From IMG/VR virus record IMGVR_UViG_3300034418_009100: a stretch of DNA of 64,000 nt. One strand, 5' to 3'. This DNA comes from an uncultured virus (IMG/VR IMGVR_UViG_3300034418_009100) (lineage: Duplodnaviria; Heunggongvirae; Uroviricota; Caudoviricetes). Shown here in pieces: positions 1-10,808 of this stretch; position 1 is the first letter of the stretch, and the number at the start of each line of letters is the position of its first letter. A program made the translations under genes and the position numbers. The notes under the pieces were generated by a model, which saw nothing but the letters and a program-made list of their open reading frames with translations, did no database searches and was not told the origin of the DNA.

Positions 1-22
1 TAATGTAGTACTTTGGTACTAC

Positions 23-51
23 TTGCACAATAATGATAAATCTGTTATAAT
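23..51 (+). promoter_or_regulatory. sigma70-type early promoter with upstream palindrome (5-22)
   Basis: TTGCAC-17 bp-TATAAT with extended TG; preceded by GTAGTAC-TTTG-GTACTAC. Confidence 0.75.
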
Positions 52-75
52 ACAGTTTTCCAAGAAGGATCAAAA

Positions 76-1236
76 ATGGCTACAGTAGCAGGCGTCAAAG
101 TAAAAGCAAAGAAACCACGTACAGTATCGTTTCACAGTAAACCCACTGACGGACCAGTTTGGGATACGGAACGAGCTAGGGAACTGCCACAGGAAGAATT
201 TGACCATTTGCTACGTAAAAGCATGAATTACTACAATTACCACTATACTCAAAAAGATTTGAAAAAGTATGTGGTTGAGTGGATGCGCTCAGGCGGCGAG
301 TTTACCAAGGAAGAAGTTAAAAAGTTCGAGCGTAGTAGCGACAGGTTACTGAGTATGACTGCCTGTAGTTTGGTTATGGCACATCGTCAAGGTATGCCAT
401 TCCGTGAACGCCATTTAGAGTTTTTGGACACAGAACTGACCCGTGTTTTGGAGGCTGTCACGGAGGACGAGCCTGCGGAGCAAAAGACCGAAGAGGTTGC
501 AGAAGCCTACAAGCCAACTATTCAAGATAGACTACAGGAAAAGACCAGCGAATTAATTGGCGAGATAGAAGGCTATTACGATGAATTAGTTACTAACGGT
601 AAAACTGAGTTCAAACCCTACGACTTCTTAAGTGGTAATAATGTAGTGCAAAGCCAATTGGGCAAGTACGAAGCACTATTCCAAGCACGCCGTGAAGAAC
701 TGGAACTGGCGCAGAAAAAAGCAGATCCGCAATTAGTTGAAGGATACAAGCACTACAAGGCACAGGACTATAAGCGACTGATTGCTTGGATTGACAAACT
801 GTTAGAAGCAGTTGAGCAGTATCGTGGTGTTAAAAAGGCTACCAAAAAAGCCCGTGTTAAGAAAGCACCCAGCAAAGAAAAGCAAATCAGTAAACTCAAA
901 TACTGCAAAGAAGATAAGACACTCAAGTTGGTTAGCGTTAATCCTGCAGAAATTATTGGTGCCTCTGAGTTGTGGGTCTACAATACCAAGACACGCAAAC
1001 TGGGCAAATACATTTCGGCACCCTACAAACAGTTGGGCGTCAAAGGAACCAGTATTGAAGGCTTTGACATCGACAAGAGTGTGTGTAAAACACTACGCAA
1101 GCCTGAGGAAAAACTTAAAGAGTTTGCCAAAGCAGGCAAGGTGCAGTTACGTAAATTCCTCGAAGATATTAGAGCAACCGAAACTAAACTTAACGGCAGA
1201 ATCAGCGCAGATGTGCTGTTACTAAAAGTTGCCTAA
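76..1236 (+). CDS. hypothetical phage protein, basic C-terminus
   Basis: 386-aa ORF with AAGGA RBS downstream of a sigma70 promoter; no recognised motif. Confidence 0.8.
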   Translation: MATVAGVKVKAKKPRTVSFHSKPTDGPVWDTERARELPQEEFDHLLRKSMNYYNYHYTQKDLKKYVVEWMRSGGEFTKEEVKKFERSSDRLLSMTACSLVMAHRQGMPFRERHLEFLDTELTRVLEAVTEDEPAEQKTEEVAEAYKPTIQDRLQEKTSELIGEIEGYYDELVTNGKTEFKPYDFLSGNNVVQSQLGKYEALFQARREELELAQKKADPQLVEGYKHYKAQDYKRLIAWIDKLLEAVEQYRGVKKATKKARVKKAPSKEKQISKLKYCKEDKTLKLVSVNPAEIIGASELWVYNTKTRKLGKYISAPYKQLGVKGTSIEGFDIDKSVCKTLRKPEEKLKEFAKAGKVQLRKFLEDIRATETKLNGRISADVLLLKVA

Positions 1237-1242
1237 AATCAC

Positions 1243-1279
1243 AGTCCTGTTGGCTAAATAAGGTTAACAGGACTTTTTT
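1243..1279 (+). terminator. intrinsic terminator with a late promoter (TAAATA 1255-1260) in its loop
   Basis: AGTCCTGTT/AACAGGACT stem followed by a T run. Confidence 0.7.
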
Positions 1280-2461
1280 ATGGCTACAGACAATACAGTA
1301 ATTGTTCCCGACTTACAAACTGACGGCAGTGTAAGAACGCAAAATCTTGGCATGGCTGGATTTATCAGCCAAGAAAGTGCCATTGCCGCTAACGAACAAA
1401 TACAAACACTCAATCAGCTACGCAACGAAATGATTGACTACATTCGTTTGCGTTTAGGCGATCAAATCGTTGACGTTGAATTAGATAAAGAACATTATGA
1501 TTTGGCTATCAAGCAGGCCCTGACCAAGTATCGTCAACGTGCTCAAAATAGCACAGAAGAAAGTTATGTATTTTTGGATCTAATTCCCAATGTACAAGAA
1601 TACATCCTACCCAACAACATTATGGAAGTGCGCCAAATCTTTCGTAGAGGAATTGGTAGCACAACTGGAACAACCGCTAGCCAGTTCGAACCATTTGCTT
1701 CAGGTTATTTAAACACTTACATGCTGGTAGCGGGACGTGTGGGTGGGCTGACTAACTACGAACTGTTTACTGCTTACCAAGAACTGGCCATGACCATGTT
1801 TGGTGGTTACATCAACTTTAACTGGAACCGTGTAACTAAGAAACTAACCCTAGTTCGTAAAATTCCCTACGATGGTGGTACTGACGTTAAACCAACTGCA
1901 CTAACAGCCGCAAGCACAGCCACTGGTGCAGTGATTACAATTACACTACCTACCAGCGCAACAACGTACCAGACTAACCTTGCAGTAGGAGACAGCGTTT
2001 ATATTCAAACCTGCCCGGTACAAGGCTATAGCAGTCAATATCGTATTGCCAGCATTAACAATGATAAGACCGTAATTACAGTTTTGGCTAATCAAACACT
2101 AGGTGATATAAGCGTAACAGGAACTAATTTATCCGCAACCACTTTCTTTATTCCGGAACCATTTTACGATGGAAACCAATTAGAAAGTGTGCTACTTTGG
2201 GTAAACAACTACAAACCAGACAGTATGTTGCTTAGTGACCCGCAGGTTTATCCTTGGTTGCAGGAGTATGCACTAGCATTTACAAAATCTATTTTGGGAC
2301 AGGCCCGTGGAAAATTTGCCAGTATTGCAGGACCTCAGGGCGGCACACAACTTAATGGTGCTCAACTATTGCAAGAATCACAGGCGGAAATGCTTCAACT
2401 TGAAGACGAACTCAAACGTTACATTGATGGCAGTCAACCATTGACATGGATTACAGGTTAA
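1280..2461 (+). CDS. neck protein (T4 gp13-like)
   Basis: LRLG..VDVELD N-terminus and GQARGKF..IAGPQGGTQLNG C-terminus typical of gp13-like proteins; upstream of sheath. Confidence 0.75.
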   Translation: MATDNTVIVPDLQTDGSVRTQNLGMAGFISQESAIAANEQIQTLNQLRNEMIDYIRLRLGDQIVDVELDKEHYDLAIKQALTKYRQRAQNSTEESYVFLDLIPNVQEYILPNNIMEVRQIFRRGIGSTTGTTASQFEPFASGYLNTYMLVAGRVGGLTNYELFTAYQELAMTMFGGYINFNWNRVTKKLTLVRKIPYDGGTDVKPTALTAASTATGAVITITLPTSATTYQTNLAVGDSVYIQTCPVQGYSSQYRIASINNDKTVITVLANQTLGDISVTGTNLSATTFFIPEPFYDGNQLESVLLWVNNYKPDSMLLSDPQVYPWLQEYALAFTKSILGQARGKFASIAGPQGGTQLNGAQLLQESQAEMLQLEDELKRYIDGSQPLTWITG

Positions 2462-2493
2462 TGTATAATAAGGACTCTTAGGAGTCCTTTTTC

Positions 2494-3090
2494 ATGATTA
2501 TTGGAATTTGTGGTTTAATTGGCGCTGGCAAAGATACTGCCGCAGACTATTTGGTAAATTGGCATGAATTTCGTCGTGACAGTTTTGCCGCAACTTTGAA
2601 AGATGCTGTTAGTGCAGTATTTGGTTGGGACCGAGAACTTCTAGAAGGACGTACCAAAGCCGCAAGAGAATGGCGTGAACAGATTGACACTTGGTGGGCC
2701 AATCGCTTAGACATGCCAGATTTGACCCCACGCTGGGTCTTACAGTATTGGGGTACAGATGTATTCCGCAATCATTTCCACCAAGATATTTGGATTGCTA
2801 GTTTGGAAAATAAACTGCGTCAGACCCGAGACAATGTAGTAATTTCAGATTGCAGGTTTCTAAACGAAGTTGAAAGCATTCGCAGGATTGGTGGCAGAGT
2901 AATTAGAATCGTTCGAGGACAAGATCCAGAGTGGTTTCATTTAGCACGAACTGATCCGCAGAGTATGCCTGCCCGATATCCCGGAGTTCATGCCAGCGAA
3001 TATAGTTGGGCACCCACAGAATTTGACCACATTGTAGAAAACAACAGCACTATCGACGAATTATATCGTGAACTTAAAAATCTGGTGTAA
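2494..3090 (+). CDS. deoxynucleoside monophosphate kinase (T4 gp1-like)
   Basis: IIGICGLIGAGKDT P-loop, SFAATLK, R..LQYWGT, ISDCRFLNE, HASE motifs. Confidence 0.9.
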   Translation: MIIGICGLIGAGKDTAADYLVNWHEFRRDSFAATLKDAVSAVFGWDRELLEGRTKAAREWREQIDTWWANRLDMPDLTPRWVLQYWGTDVFRNHFHQDIWIASLENKLRQTRDNVVISDCRFLNEVESIRRIGGRVIRIVRGQDPEWFHLARTDPQSMPARYPGVHASEYSWAPTEFDHIVENNSTIDELYRELKNLV

Positions 3091-3421
3091 TAGGACTTTC
3101 ACGCCAAGCACTACCTGATTGTTGTAGTTCTACCCTACAGTTTAGACATACAGTTTTTAAGTTAAACTCGTTATTGTTTTTTAAATTTCCATCTAAGTAA
3201 AAGACCGACATCTGACGATCAGGATACTTTGCCCTAAACCCGCATTTATCGCATACAGGTTTTTTTCTAAAGCCTGACTTATACCAAGCAGGTACTGGTT
3301 TTAATTTTTTACCTTTGCGTAAACAAATGTCGCAGAGTTTTCTATACCTTGTTTTACCGTTACTGTGATAGTTAATTGCTGCTAAATTTAGGTTACAGGT
3401 CTGACATAAGGGTCTTTTCAT
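3074..3421 (-). CDS. Cys-rich zinc-binding / degenerate HNH-like protein
   Basis: four CxxC pairs and a DGNLKNN..NLKTVCLNC HNH-like segment lacking the first His. Confidence 0.6.
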   Translation of the reverse strand: MKRPLCQTCNLNLAAINYHSNGKTRYRKLCDICLRKGKKLKPVPAWYKSGFRKKPVCDKCGFRAKYPDRQMSVFYLDGNLKNNNEFNLKTVCLNCRVELQQSGSAWRESPITPDF

Positions 3422-3521
3422 AAAGTTATTTAACTGTAAAACCTTTCGAAAGGGTAACCAAACTGGTAATATTTAAGGACTTCCGATAAATATCTGTATA
3501 AGTTTTATGAGGAAGTGAAAC

Positions 3522-6500
3522 ATGGCACTAGTTTCCCCAGGCGTACAAGTCAGTGTAATTGACCAAAGTTATTACGCACCAACACAATTAGGATCTGTTG
3601 CTTACATTTTAGTAGCAACAGCACAAGATAAAATTGCTCCGGGCGGCCTTACAATTGCCCCTGGAACAGATGTCGACAATGTAGGAACTATCTACAATAT
3701 TACAAGTCAACGAGACCTGGTAACCACATTCGGTACCCCAGTGTTTCAAACAACTTCCACTGGAAGTGCAATTAACGGAAGTGAACTAAATGAATACGGT
3801 CTGCTTGCGGCCTATAGTTTGTTAGGTGTAAGTAACTCGGTTTATATTCAACGTGCAAATGTTGACTTGGGCTCTTTAAATGGCACAACAAGCAGACCAT
3901 TAGCAGAACCAGCAACTGGCGCTTTGTGGTTAGATACAACTACAACGAATTGGGGTATATATGAATGGAATTCAGTGAATCAAGCATTTACTGCGGTTAC
4001 TCCTATTGTTGTTAACAGTAGTACTGACCTAGTAAGTAATTTAGCACCTAATGTTGGTATAGGAACAATTGGTAGTTATGCAGTAAACACTGTAGCGAAT
4101 ACTAGTCCAGTTTACTATAAAACATATGATAATACTTGGCAACTAGTTGGTAATGTAAGTTGGGAAGCTAAAATTCCAACAATTACCGGTACCACAAGTA
4201 GTACTGGTAACGTTATCACTGCTAACAGTAATATTACAATTAACACCACAAACGTTACAGTAGCAATTAATGCTAATTTAACAACAGTAGCGGCAAATAT
4301 TAATACTGCTGCTATTGCAGGTGTTACTGCTCGTGTAAGCAGTAGTAACCAATTAGTAATTCAGGTTACAAGATTAAGTGAAAGCGATGGCGCCACTGCA
4401 GACGGTAAAATTGCAATCAGCAACGGCAATAACACACCTTTGTCAGATTTAGGTATTACTGCTGGAACTTACAACGGACCATCAGTACAAATTAGTCCTT
4501 ATTATAGCGTACCAGAATTTCAAAGTTCTAATTTGGCAGCTGGCACAGGAAGACCAACAAAATCTGTATGGCATAAAGCAAGTAGAACTGGCGCAGGCCT
4601 AACTGCCGCAGTCAAACAATATAATGCAAGCACAGATACGTGGAACACACTTACAGTAAATGATTATGCAAACGTGTTTGCTGCAACATTTGCTTTAGAT
4701 CCAACTGGAGGTGGTAGTAATATATCTGAAGGTGCAGTGTTTGCACAATATGATCCTTTTGGAACTACAGAACCTGGCGCTTTGTTATGGTATAGAGATG
4801 CAACCAGTCCAATGACTATTACTGGTAACACCACATCACCAAGTGCAGCCAACGTTGGCGCAAGTTTTACACTAAAAACTCGTGCAAATGCTAGACTTGG
4901 CACAACAACAACTTATACAGTAACAATTAGTACTGCCACAGTTGCTGGATTCGTGGATGCAGTAAGTGCTGCAACTATTCCAAATGTCAGTGCAGCAATC
5001 AGCAGCACAGGCGCAATGACTTTAACTCATGATTTGGGTGGAGACATTGAACTAGTTGACGGCGCAGGCACACCACTAGCCAACGTAGGTATTGCTGATT
5101 CAGGTTCGACAAATGTCTACTACCTACATAGTAATGTTGGAGTAGAAACTTCTACTATTATTGGTTCTAACTGGAAGCCAATTGATAGAAAAAATTACTC
5201 AGTAAGTGCAACACAGATCTTTATTGCTCCTGATAACAACACTTATTGGTACTACAACACACCAAGTCGTGCTGATATCATGATAAGCAACGGCAGTGCT
5301 TGGGTAGGCTACAGAACACTGAGCAGTGATATCAGAGGTTATGATTTAACAACTACAAATAGTACCGGTCCTATCATTAGTGCTACAGAGCCAACATTAC
5401 AAGATGATGGTACCGCACTTGTGTACGGTGATTTGTGGATTGACACCAGTGATTTAGAAAACTATCCTGCACTTTACAGATGGCAAAGTGTCAGCGGCGT
5501 AGATCAATGGGTCGCAATCGACAACCAAGACAACACCGGCACCGATGGCATTATTTTTGCTGACGCACGTTGGGACACAGACGGCACAACCAATCCAGTG
5601 ACAGGCTCTATTCCTACTATTGCTGCACTTGGATTAAGCAGTTATGTTGACTTAGATGCTCCAGATGCAGCACTTTATCCACGTGGTATGTTGTTATGGA
5701 ACACAAGAGCCAGCGGATATAATGTTAAACAGTACAAGACAAACTACTTTACTGCTGCTGCATATCCAGGCGAAAGTTTGCCTAGTGTAGCCAATACTTG
5801 GGTAACTGCCAGCGGATTTGACAGCACAGGTGTTGTACCAAACTTTGGGCGCAATGCACAACGTGGAGTTGTTGTTGCTGCACTTAAGAGTGCAATTGAC
5901 AGCAGCACTGCACTACGTGAAGACAGCAATGCATTCAACTTGATTGCTTGCCCAGGCTATCCAGAGTTGATTCCCAACATGGTTGCACTGAATGAAGACA
6001 AAGAAAACGTTGCTTTTGTAGTAGGCGACACGCCAATGCGCCTAGCAGCAACTGGTACAGCAATTCAAGCATGGGCAGATAACACCAACGGTGCAACTGC
6101 TACAGGGGAAGATGGATTAAACACAAGTAGTCCGTACGTTGGACTATACTATCCAAGTGCATTGACGAACGATTTGGCTGGTAATCAAGTGGTTGTTCCT
6201 CCAAGTCACGTAGCACTACGTACCATTGTTAAGAGCGATAACATCAGCTATCCATGGTTAGCACCAGCAGGCACACGCCGTGGATTAATTGATAATGCAA
6301 GTGCAATTGGTTATGTTGATGCAGACAGCGGACAGTTTGTGAGTATTGGTGTAAGCCAAGGCATACGTGATGTGTTGTATGAAAACAAGATCAACCCATT
6401 TACAAACTTGCCAGGAACAGGGTTAGTGGTATATGGTCAGAAGACTATTGCTACAGAACCAAGTGCATTGGATAGAATCAATGTTTCTAGATTGGTAAAC

Positions 6501-6824
6501 TACTTACGTAATCAATTAAACATTGTGGCCCGTCCATTTGTGTTTGAACCAAATGATCCAATCACACGTAACGGACTGTTAGCAACAGTTAACAGTTTAC
6601 TAAATGACTTGGTGGCCAAGCGCGGTATTACAGATTACTTAAGCGTATGTGATACAACAAACAATACGCCAGAGCGTATTGCAAGAAACGAACTGTATGT
6701 AGACGTTGCCATACAGCCAACTAAGGCAGTAGAATTTATCTACATACCAATTAGATTGAAGAATCCAGGAGAAATTCAGGATGGCAATCTAGCAGCGGTA
6801 GCGAATCCAGGAACAGGAGCATAA
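3522..6824 (+). CDS. contractile tail sheath protein (gp18-like) with large central insertion
   Basis: MALVSPGVQVSVID start; WLAPAG..RG, LYENKINP, YGQKT, DRINVSRL, FVFEPND, PTKAVEFIYI motifs; TAAATA at 3487. Confidence 0.95.
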   Translation: MALVSPGVQVSVIDQSYYAPTQLGSVAYILVATAQDKIAPGGLTIAPGTDVDNVGTIYNITSQRDLVTTFGTPVFQTTSTGSAINGSELNEYGLLAAYSLLGVSNSVYIQRANVDLGSLNGTTSRPLAEPATGALWLDTTTTNWGIYEWNSVNQAFTAVTPIVVNSSTDLVSNLAPNVGIGTIGSYAVNTVANTSPVYYKTYDNTWQLVGNVSWEAKIPTITGTTSSTGNVITANSNITINTTNVTVAINANLTTVAANINTAAIAGVTARVSSSNQLVIQVTRLSESDGATADGKIAISNGNNTPLSDLGITAGTYNGPSVQISPYYSVPEFQSSNLAAGTGRPTKSVWHKASRTGAGLTAAVKQYNASTDTWNTLTVNDYANVFAATFALDPTGGGSNISEGAVFAQYDPFGTTEPGALLWYRDATSPMTITGNTTSPSAANVGASFTLKTRANARLGTTTTYTVTISTATVAGFVDAVSAATIPNVSAAISSTGAMTLTHDLGGDIELVDGAGTPLANVGIADSGSTNVYYLHSNVGVETSTIIGSNWKPIDRKNYSVSATQIFIAPDNNTYWYYNTPSRADIMISNGSAWVGYRTLSSDIRGYDLTTTNSTGPIISATEPTLQDDGTALVYGDLWIDTSDLENYPALYRWQSVSGVDQWVAIDNQDNTGTDGIIFADARWDTDGTTNPVTGSIPTIAALGLSSYVDLDAPDAALYPRGMLLWNTRASGYNVKQYKTNYFTAAAYPGESLPSVANTWVTASGFDSTGVVPNFGRNAQRGVVVAALKSAIDSSTALREDSNAFNLIACPGYPELIPNMVALNEDKENVAFVVGDTPMRLAATGTAIQAWADNTNGATATGEDGLNTSSPYVGLYYPSALTNDLAGNQVVVPPSHVALRTIVKSDNISYPWLAPAGTRRGLIDNASAIGYVDADSGQFVSIGVSQGIRDVLYENKINPFTNLPGTGLVVYGQKTIATEPSALDRINVSRLVNYLRNQLNIVARPFVFEPNDPITRNGLLATVNSLLNDLVAKRGITDYLSVCDTTNNTPERIARNELYVDVAIQPTKAVEFIYIPIRLKNPGEIQDGNLAAVANPGTGA

Positions 6825-6827
6825 GAC

Positions 6828-7445
6828 ATGGCAGTATCATCCTTAACAAGATTTACAGTACCTTTAGGCGGAGACCAAAGCGCCTCCACCCAAGGTCTGT
6901 TAATGCCAAAACTCAAATTTCGCTTTAGGGTGACATTTGATAATTTTGGTGTAAGTAACCCTAAAACAGAATTGACCAAACAAGTTATGACGTTTGCTCG
7001 ACCACAGTTGACGTTTGACCCGGTAGAAATTCCTGTTTACAACAGCCGTGTTTATATTGCAGGCAGACCAACATGGAGTGTGGTAAGCACAAGCCTACGT
7101 GATGACGCTGGCGGTAATGTAACACGTCTTGTTGGCGAACAGTTGCAGAAACAGTTTGACTTCATGGAGCAAGCAAGCGCAAGCAGTGGCATTGACTATA
7201 AGTTTATTACAAAATTAGAAATGCTAGATGGCGCTAACGGCAACATTGAACCAGTTGTACTAGAAACATGGGAAATGTATGGTTGCTTCTTAACAGATGT
7301 TAACTACAATGAAGCCGATTATGGAAGCAATGATCCAATGACGATCACAATGCAGATTCGTTATGACAATGCTATCCAAACAACAACACCAGGAGGCGTA
7401 GGCAATGATGTTGTCCGTGGCACTGGTACTGTTGTAACAGGTTAA
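6828..7445 (+). CDS. tail tube protein (gp19-like)
   Basis: directly follows sheath; KFRFRV, ETWEMYGCF, IRYDNA motifs; typical length. Confidence 0.85.
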   Translation: MAVSSLTRFTVPLGGDQSASTQGLLMPKLKFRFRVTFDNFGVSNPKTELTKQVMTFARPQLTFDPVEIPVYNSRVYIAGRPTWSVVSTSLRDDAGGNVTRLVGEQLQKQFDFMEQASASSGIDYKFITKLEMLDGANGNIEPVVLETWEMYGCFLTDVNYNEADYGSNDPMTITMQIRYDNAIQTTTPGGVGNDVVRGTGTVVTG

Positions 7446-7463
7446 TTTAAAACTTACCGTGAC

Positions 7464-7491
7464 AAAGACCCACTTACGAGTGGGTTTTTTG
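7464..7491 (+). terminator. intrinsic terminator
   Basis: ACCCACT-TACG-AGTGGGT followed by a T run. Confidence 0.85.
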
Positions 7492-7508
7492 TTGAATAAA
7501 TATTATAT

Positions 7509-9974
7509 ATGGCTACCTTATATAACAGCGATTTGAAACCTTTGGCATCTGGTGAGTACACACACTACTACGATCATGCCACAAAGTTGTTTCTTGCTGA
7601 CAATTTTAGACTAGCACCAAAACAAAAATTCCTTTACTATGTTTGTATAAACATAGATCAAAATGCTGTGCAAGGAATAATTCCTGGGTTTGGCGGCAAC
7701 GACCCTGCCAGTAGTCAAACTCTAATAGAACAATATGAAACTGGTTTGTTAGCCAAAAGAGTAGAACTTCCAAGGTTTGATATTAATACAAAAACTTATA
7801 ATGCTTACAATAGAAAAAATATCGTTCAGACACAGTTACGTTATCAACCGTTAAACATAACTTTTCATGACGATGCAGCAGATACAGTTACCAGATTTTG
7901 GAATGATTTTTATACATATTATTATAGAGATAGTGATTACGATGCTCAGTTATATAATGTACCACATAAATATCAGCCAAGGCCCAGAGAAGGATGGGGT
8001 TTTAGTCCACGAAATAGTAGTTTAAAACCTTTCTTACGTAACATTCAAATTTTCAGTCTACATAATAAACGTTTCACAGAATACCTGCTAATAAATCCAA
8101 TTATTGCTTCTTGGCGTCACGGTGACCATGACAGTTCTGCCAGCAACGAACTTATGGAAGCAACAATGCAAGTAGAGTTTGAAACTGTCAAATATAGAAC
8201 AGGATATGTAAATCCTGTTGATGTAAATGGTTTTGCTACAATACACTATGACGATACGCCTAGTCCAATTAGTAACAGTGTTACTAACATTTACAATGAT
8301 GCAGGGCTCATTGGAGTTCTTACAGAAGGAAGTCAAGATTTAGCACGGCCAGATGGTACAGGCAGTGGTCAAGGTATATTAGGTAGTGTGCTTGCTGCCT
8401 ACAGGTTTTATAACAATCTTAAAGATACAAATTTTAATCAACTTGGAAAAATTGTACTAGGTCAAGTTGGGGCAAGTATACTAGGTGGTGCAGTTAACAG
8501 TGCTGCACAGTCGATATTTTTTCCAACATTGTCGGGTACACCAGGATATGGTGCGACTTATGGCGGAAGTCAGACAGCAATTCCTACTGGATTAGCAGGT
8601 GCAACGGCAAGTACGTCTGCTGGGATTCCTCCTTTAAGTAATAGTGCAACAATTAATGGTCAATCAGCAAGTATCGTTGGCGGTGCGGCAACCAGCATTG
8701 TATCAGGATTAATCAACGATTATACAAGAGGTGTACAAACTGGAGGATCTACCCCGCCAAATTCATTAAGTACAGCAGTATATAGAGTTCAACAAACTAG
8801 TCCTTCGATTTCTGTAGATGCAAGATCTGGCCAACCGGTAACCAATGAGTACACTGCTTTTATTACAAATGCTGAAGGTACAGAAGTTATACAAGAATTT
8901 ACTACAGTAGGAACACAAAGCGGAGGATATGATAGCACGAACCCAGGATACAATGTAAAGTATGTCAGGGAAAGCGTGGATCAAAACGGACAAATTATAA
9001 GAACATACCAATATCAAGATGAAACTCTTGTAACTTTTAATGCAGCAGGTGACGCTATTCAAGTCAGTCCTGGTACAGGTGTAAATCCAAACAATACAAA
9101 CACAAACCCAGAAAGCACAAGGGATTTAGTAAGTGAAGGAGCCACAGTAAGTCCCACCGCAACACAATATTACACTGATCCTAATACAGGAATTACAAGG
9201 GTAGTAAATGGAGGTGTAAGTGGCCTAGTAAGAAATACACTTAGTGGAGGAGTTGGCACATTGTCTGGTTTGTATGTTGGTGGGCAATTATACGGCGGCC
9301 TTAAAGATGCTTTTGGTAGTGGTTTAATAGGTTCTACGGTAGCAGCAGGAATATCAGGAATAGCAGCAACAGGAATTGGTGTAGGAGTTAATAATTTAGT
9401 ACAGGGTGGGTTCGATTATTTCATGGGCACTCCAGGTCAATCCTTTAATCCACAGACAGGCACAGTTAGTAACATGGTAGGCACACCGATTGTTAGCAAA
9501 GGCCAGTACACTCCTCAGTATCCCAGTAACAACATTATCAGTCAAACTGATAACGGAGATGGAACTAAAACTGTTTACACTGCGGATGGTGGTTCTAGTG
9601 TTGTTAACAAGTCTGATGGAAGTATTGTTAGTTCGATAAAAGGCGCATACAACAACTTTACTAATTGGCTTGGTAGCTTTGGATCAAATCAAGATGCTAG
9701 TATCTTACTTCCAGATCCGGGAACCGGGGTATGGGTGGATGGTTCAGGAAACCCTGTCCTTGCAGCATCTGGCGGATCAGTGTATACTGGATCTGGACCT
9801 TCTTATGATGCAGGAACATTAGAAGCATGGTCAGCTTATGAAAATCAGTCAAATTATTTAGACGAATTGGGCCCAAGTTGGTCTACATCAGTAGTAAGTT
9901 ATGATAGTGGTTACGAACTTGATTATTTTGGTGATACATCAGGATGGTCTGATGCAGATTATTATTATGTTTAA
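7509..9974 (+). CDS. putative tail/baseplate protein: tube-like N-terminal domain plus G/S/T-rich extension
   Basis: ELPRF..YNRK..YQPLNITFHDD tube-fold-like motif; TAAATA at 7497. Confidence 0.55.
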   Translation: MATLYNSDLKPLASGEYTHYYDHATKLFLADNFRLAPKQKFLYYVCINIDQNAVQGIIPGFGGNDPASSQTLIEQYETGLLAKRVELPRFDINTKTYNAYNRKNIVQTQLRYQPLNITFHDDAADTVTRFWNDFYTYYYRDSDYDAQLYNVPHKYQPRPREGWGFSPRNSSLKPFLRNIQIFSLHNKRFTEYLLINPIIASWRHGDHDSSASNELMEATMQVEFETVKYRTGYVNPVDVNGFATIHYDDTPSPISNSVTNIYNDAGLIGVLTEGSQDLARPDGTGSGQGILGSVLAAYRFYNNLKDTNFNQLGKIVLGQVGASILGGAVNSAAQSIFFPTLSGTPGYGATYGGSQTAIPTGLAGATASTSAGIPPLSNSATINGQSASIVGGAATSIVSGLINDYTRGVQTGGSTPPNSLSTAVYRVQQTSPSISVDARSGQPVTNEYTAFITNAEGTEVIQEFTTVGTQSGGYDSTNPGYNVKYVRESVDQNGQIIRTYQYQDETLVTFNAAGDAIQVSPGTGVNPNNTNTNPESTRDLVSEGATVSPTATQYYTDPNTGITRVVNGGVSGLVRNTLSGGVGTLSGLYVGGQLYGGLKDAFGSGLIGSTVAAGISGIAATGIGVGVNNLVQGGFDYFMGTPGQSFNPQTGTVSNMVGTPIVSKGQYTPQYPSNNIISQTDNGDGTKTVYTADGGSSVVNKSDGSIVSSIKGAYNNFTNWLGSFGSNQDASILLPDPGTGVWVDGSGNPVLAASGGSVYTGSGPSYDAGTLEAWSAYENQSNYLDELGPSWSTSVVSYDSGYELDYFGDTSGWSDADYYYV

Positions 9975-9985
9975 ATAGAATAGAT

Positions 9986-10369
9986 ATGGCAGATACAACT
10001 TATAATCCTCAACAACCTAGTAACTTAGACAGTACTGGAACAAATAAAACTACAAGGTATTTTAATAATTACTTTACTCCGACAAACACAGTTAGCAGTA
10101 ATGTTAATGATGCAATTACCAGTTATTTTGAAGAACAAACAGGAAATCTAGAAAGTGCAAAACTGCTGGCCCAAGCAGTAATCGACACAGCACATGCACA
10201 GCGTGAAGACCCTATGAGTGTGCTAACACAATTTCAACAATTGTCTAACAATGAACTAAGTCCATTTTTAGCACTATATTTGAATACTACCAGAGTTCCT
10301 ACAAGTTTTTTAGGTATTCAAAATACTACACAAACATCGCCCTACATCAGTAGAAACATTCTTCCATGA
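9986..10369 (+). CDS. hypothetical protein (structural region)
   Basis: 127-aa ORF whose stop overlaps the next start. Confidence 0.7.
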   Translation: MADTTYNPQQPSNLDSTGTNKTTRYFNNYFTPTNTVSSNVNDAITSYFEEQTGNLESAKLLAQAVIDTAHAQREDPMSVLTQFQQLSNNELSPFLALYLNTTRVPTSFLGIQNTTQTSPYISRNILP

Positions 10370-10800
10370 GCAAATATGCACAAGGCAAGTTTCAAATACA
10401 AAATCCCAATAAGTACGTAGGCAAAGGTACACCTACTTACAGAAGCAGTTGGGAATTTGCTTTTATGCAGTTCTGTGACAACAATCCTGCAGTGCTACAA
10501 TGGGCCAGTGAAGCCATACACGTTCCCTACAAAAATCCTTTTACAAATAAAAACACAATTTACGTGCCTGACTTTTTGGTAATTTACGAAGATAAAAATG
10601 GCAAGCGGCACGGCGAAGTAATCGAAATTAAACCCAGTAAAGAAACTACCATGGAAGCTGCTAGAACAGTGAAGGACAAAGCCGCAGTAGCACTGAACAT
10701 GTTTAAATGGGAAGCAGCCCGTCATTTTTGCAAAGCACATGGCTTAGTTTTTAGAATAGTCAACGAACAAGACATTTTCCAAGGAACCAAAAAACGTTAA
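10366..10800 (+). CDS. head completion nuclease (T4 gp4-like, TnsA-type endonuclease fold)
   Basis: YRSSWE, WASE..VPY, YVPDF, IEIKP, KWEAA motifs. Confidence 0.9.
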   Translation: MSKYAQGKFQIQNPNKYVGKGTPTYRSSWEFAFMQFCDNNPAVLQWASEAIHVPYKNPFTNKNTIYVPDFLVIYEDKNGKRHGEVIEIKPSKETTMEAARTVKDKAAVALNMFKWEAARHFCKAHGLVFRIVNEQDIFQGTKKR

Positions 10801-10808
10801 ATAGTAGC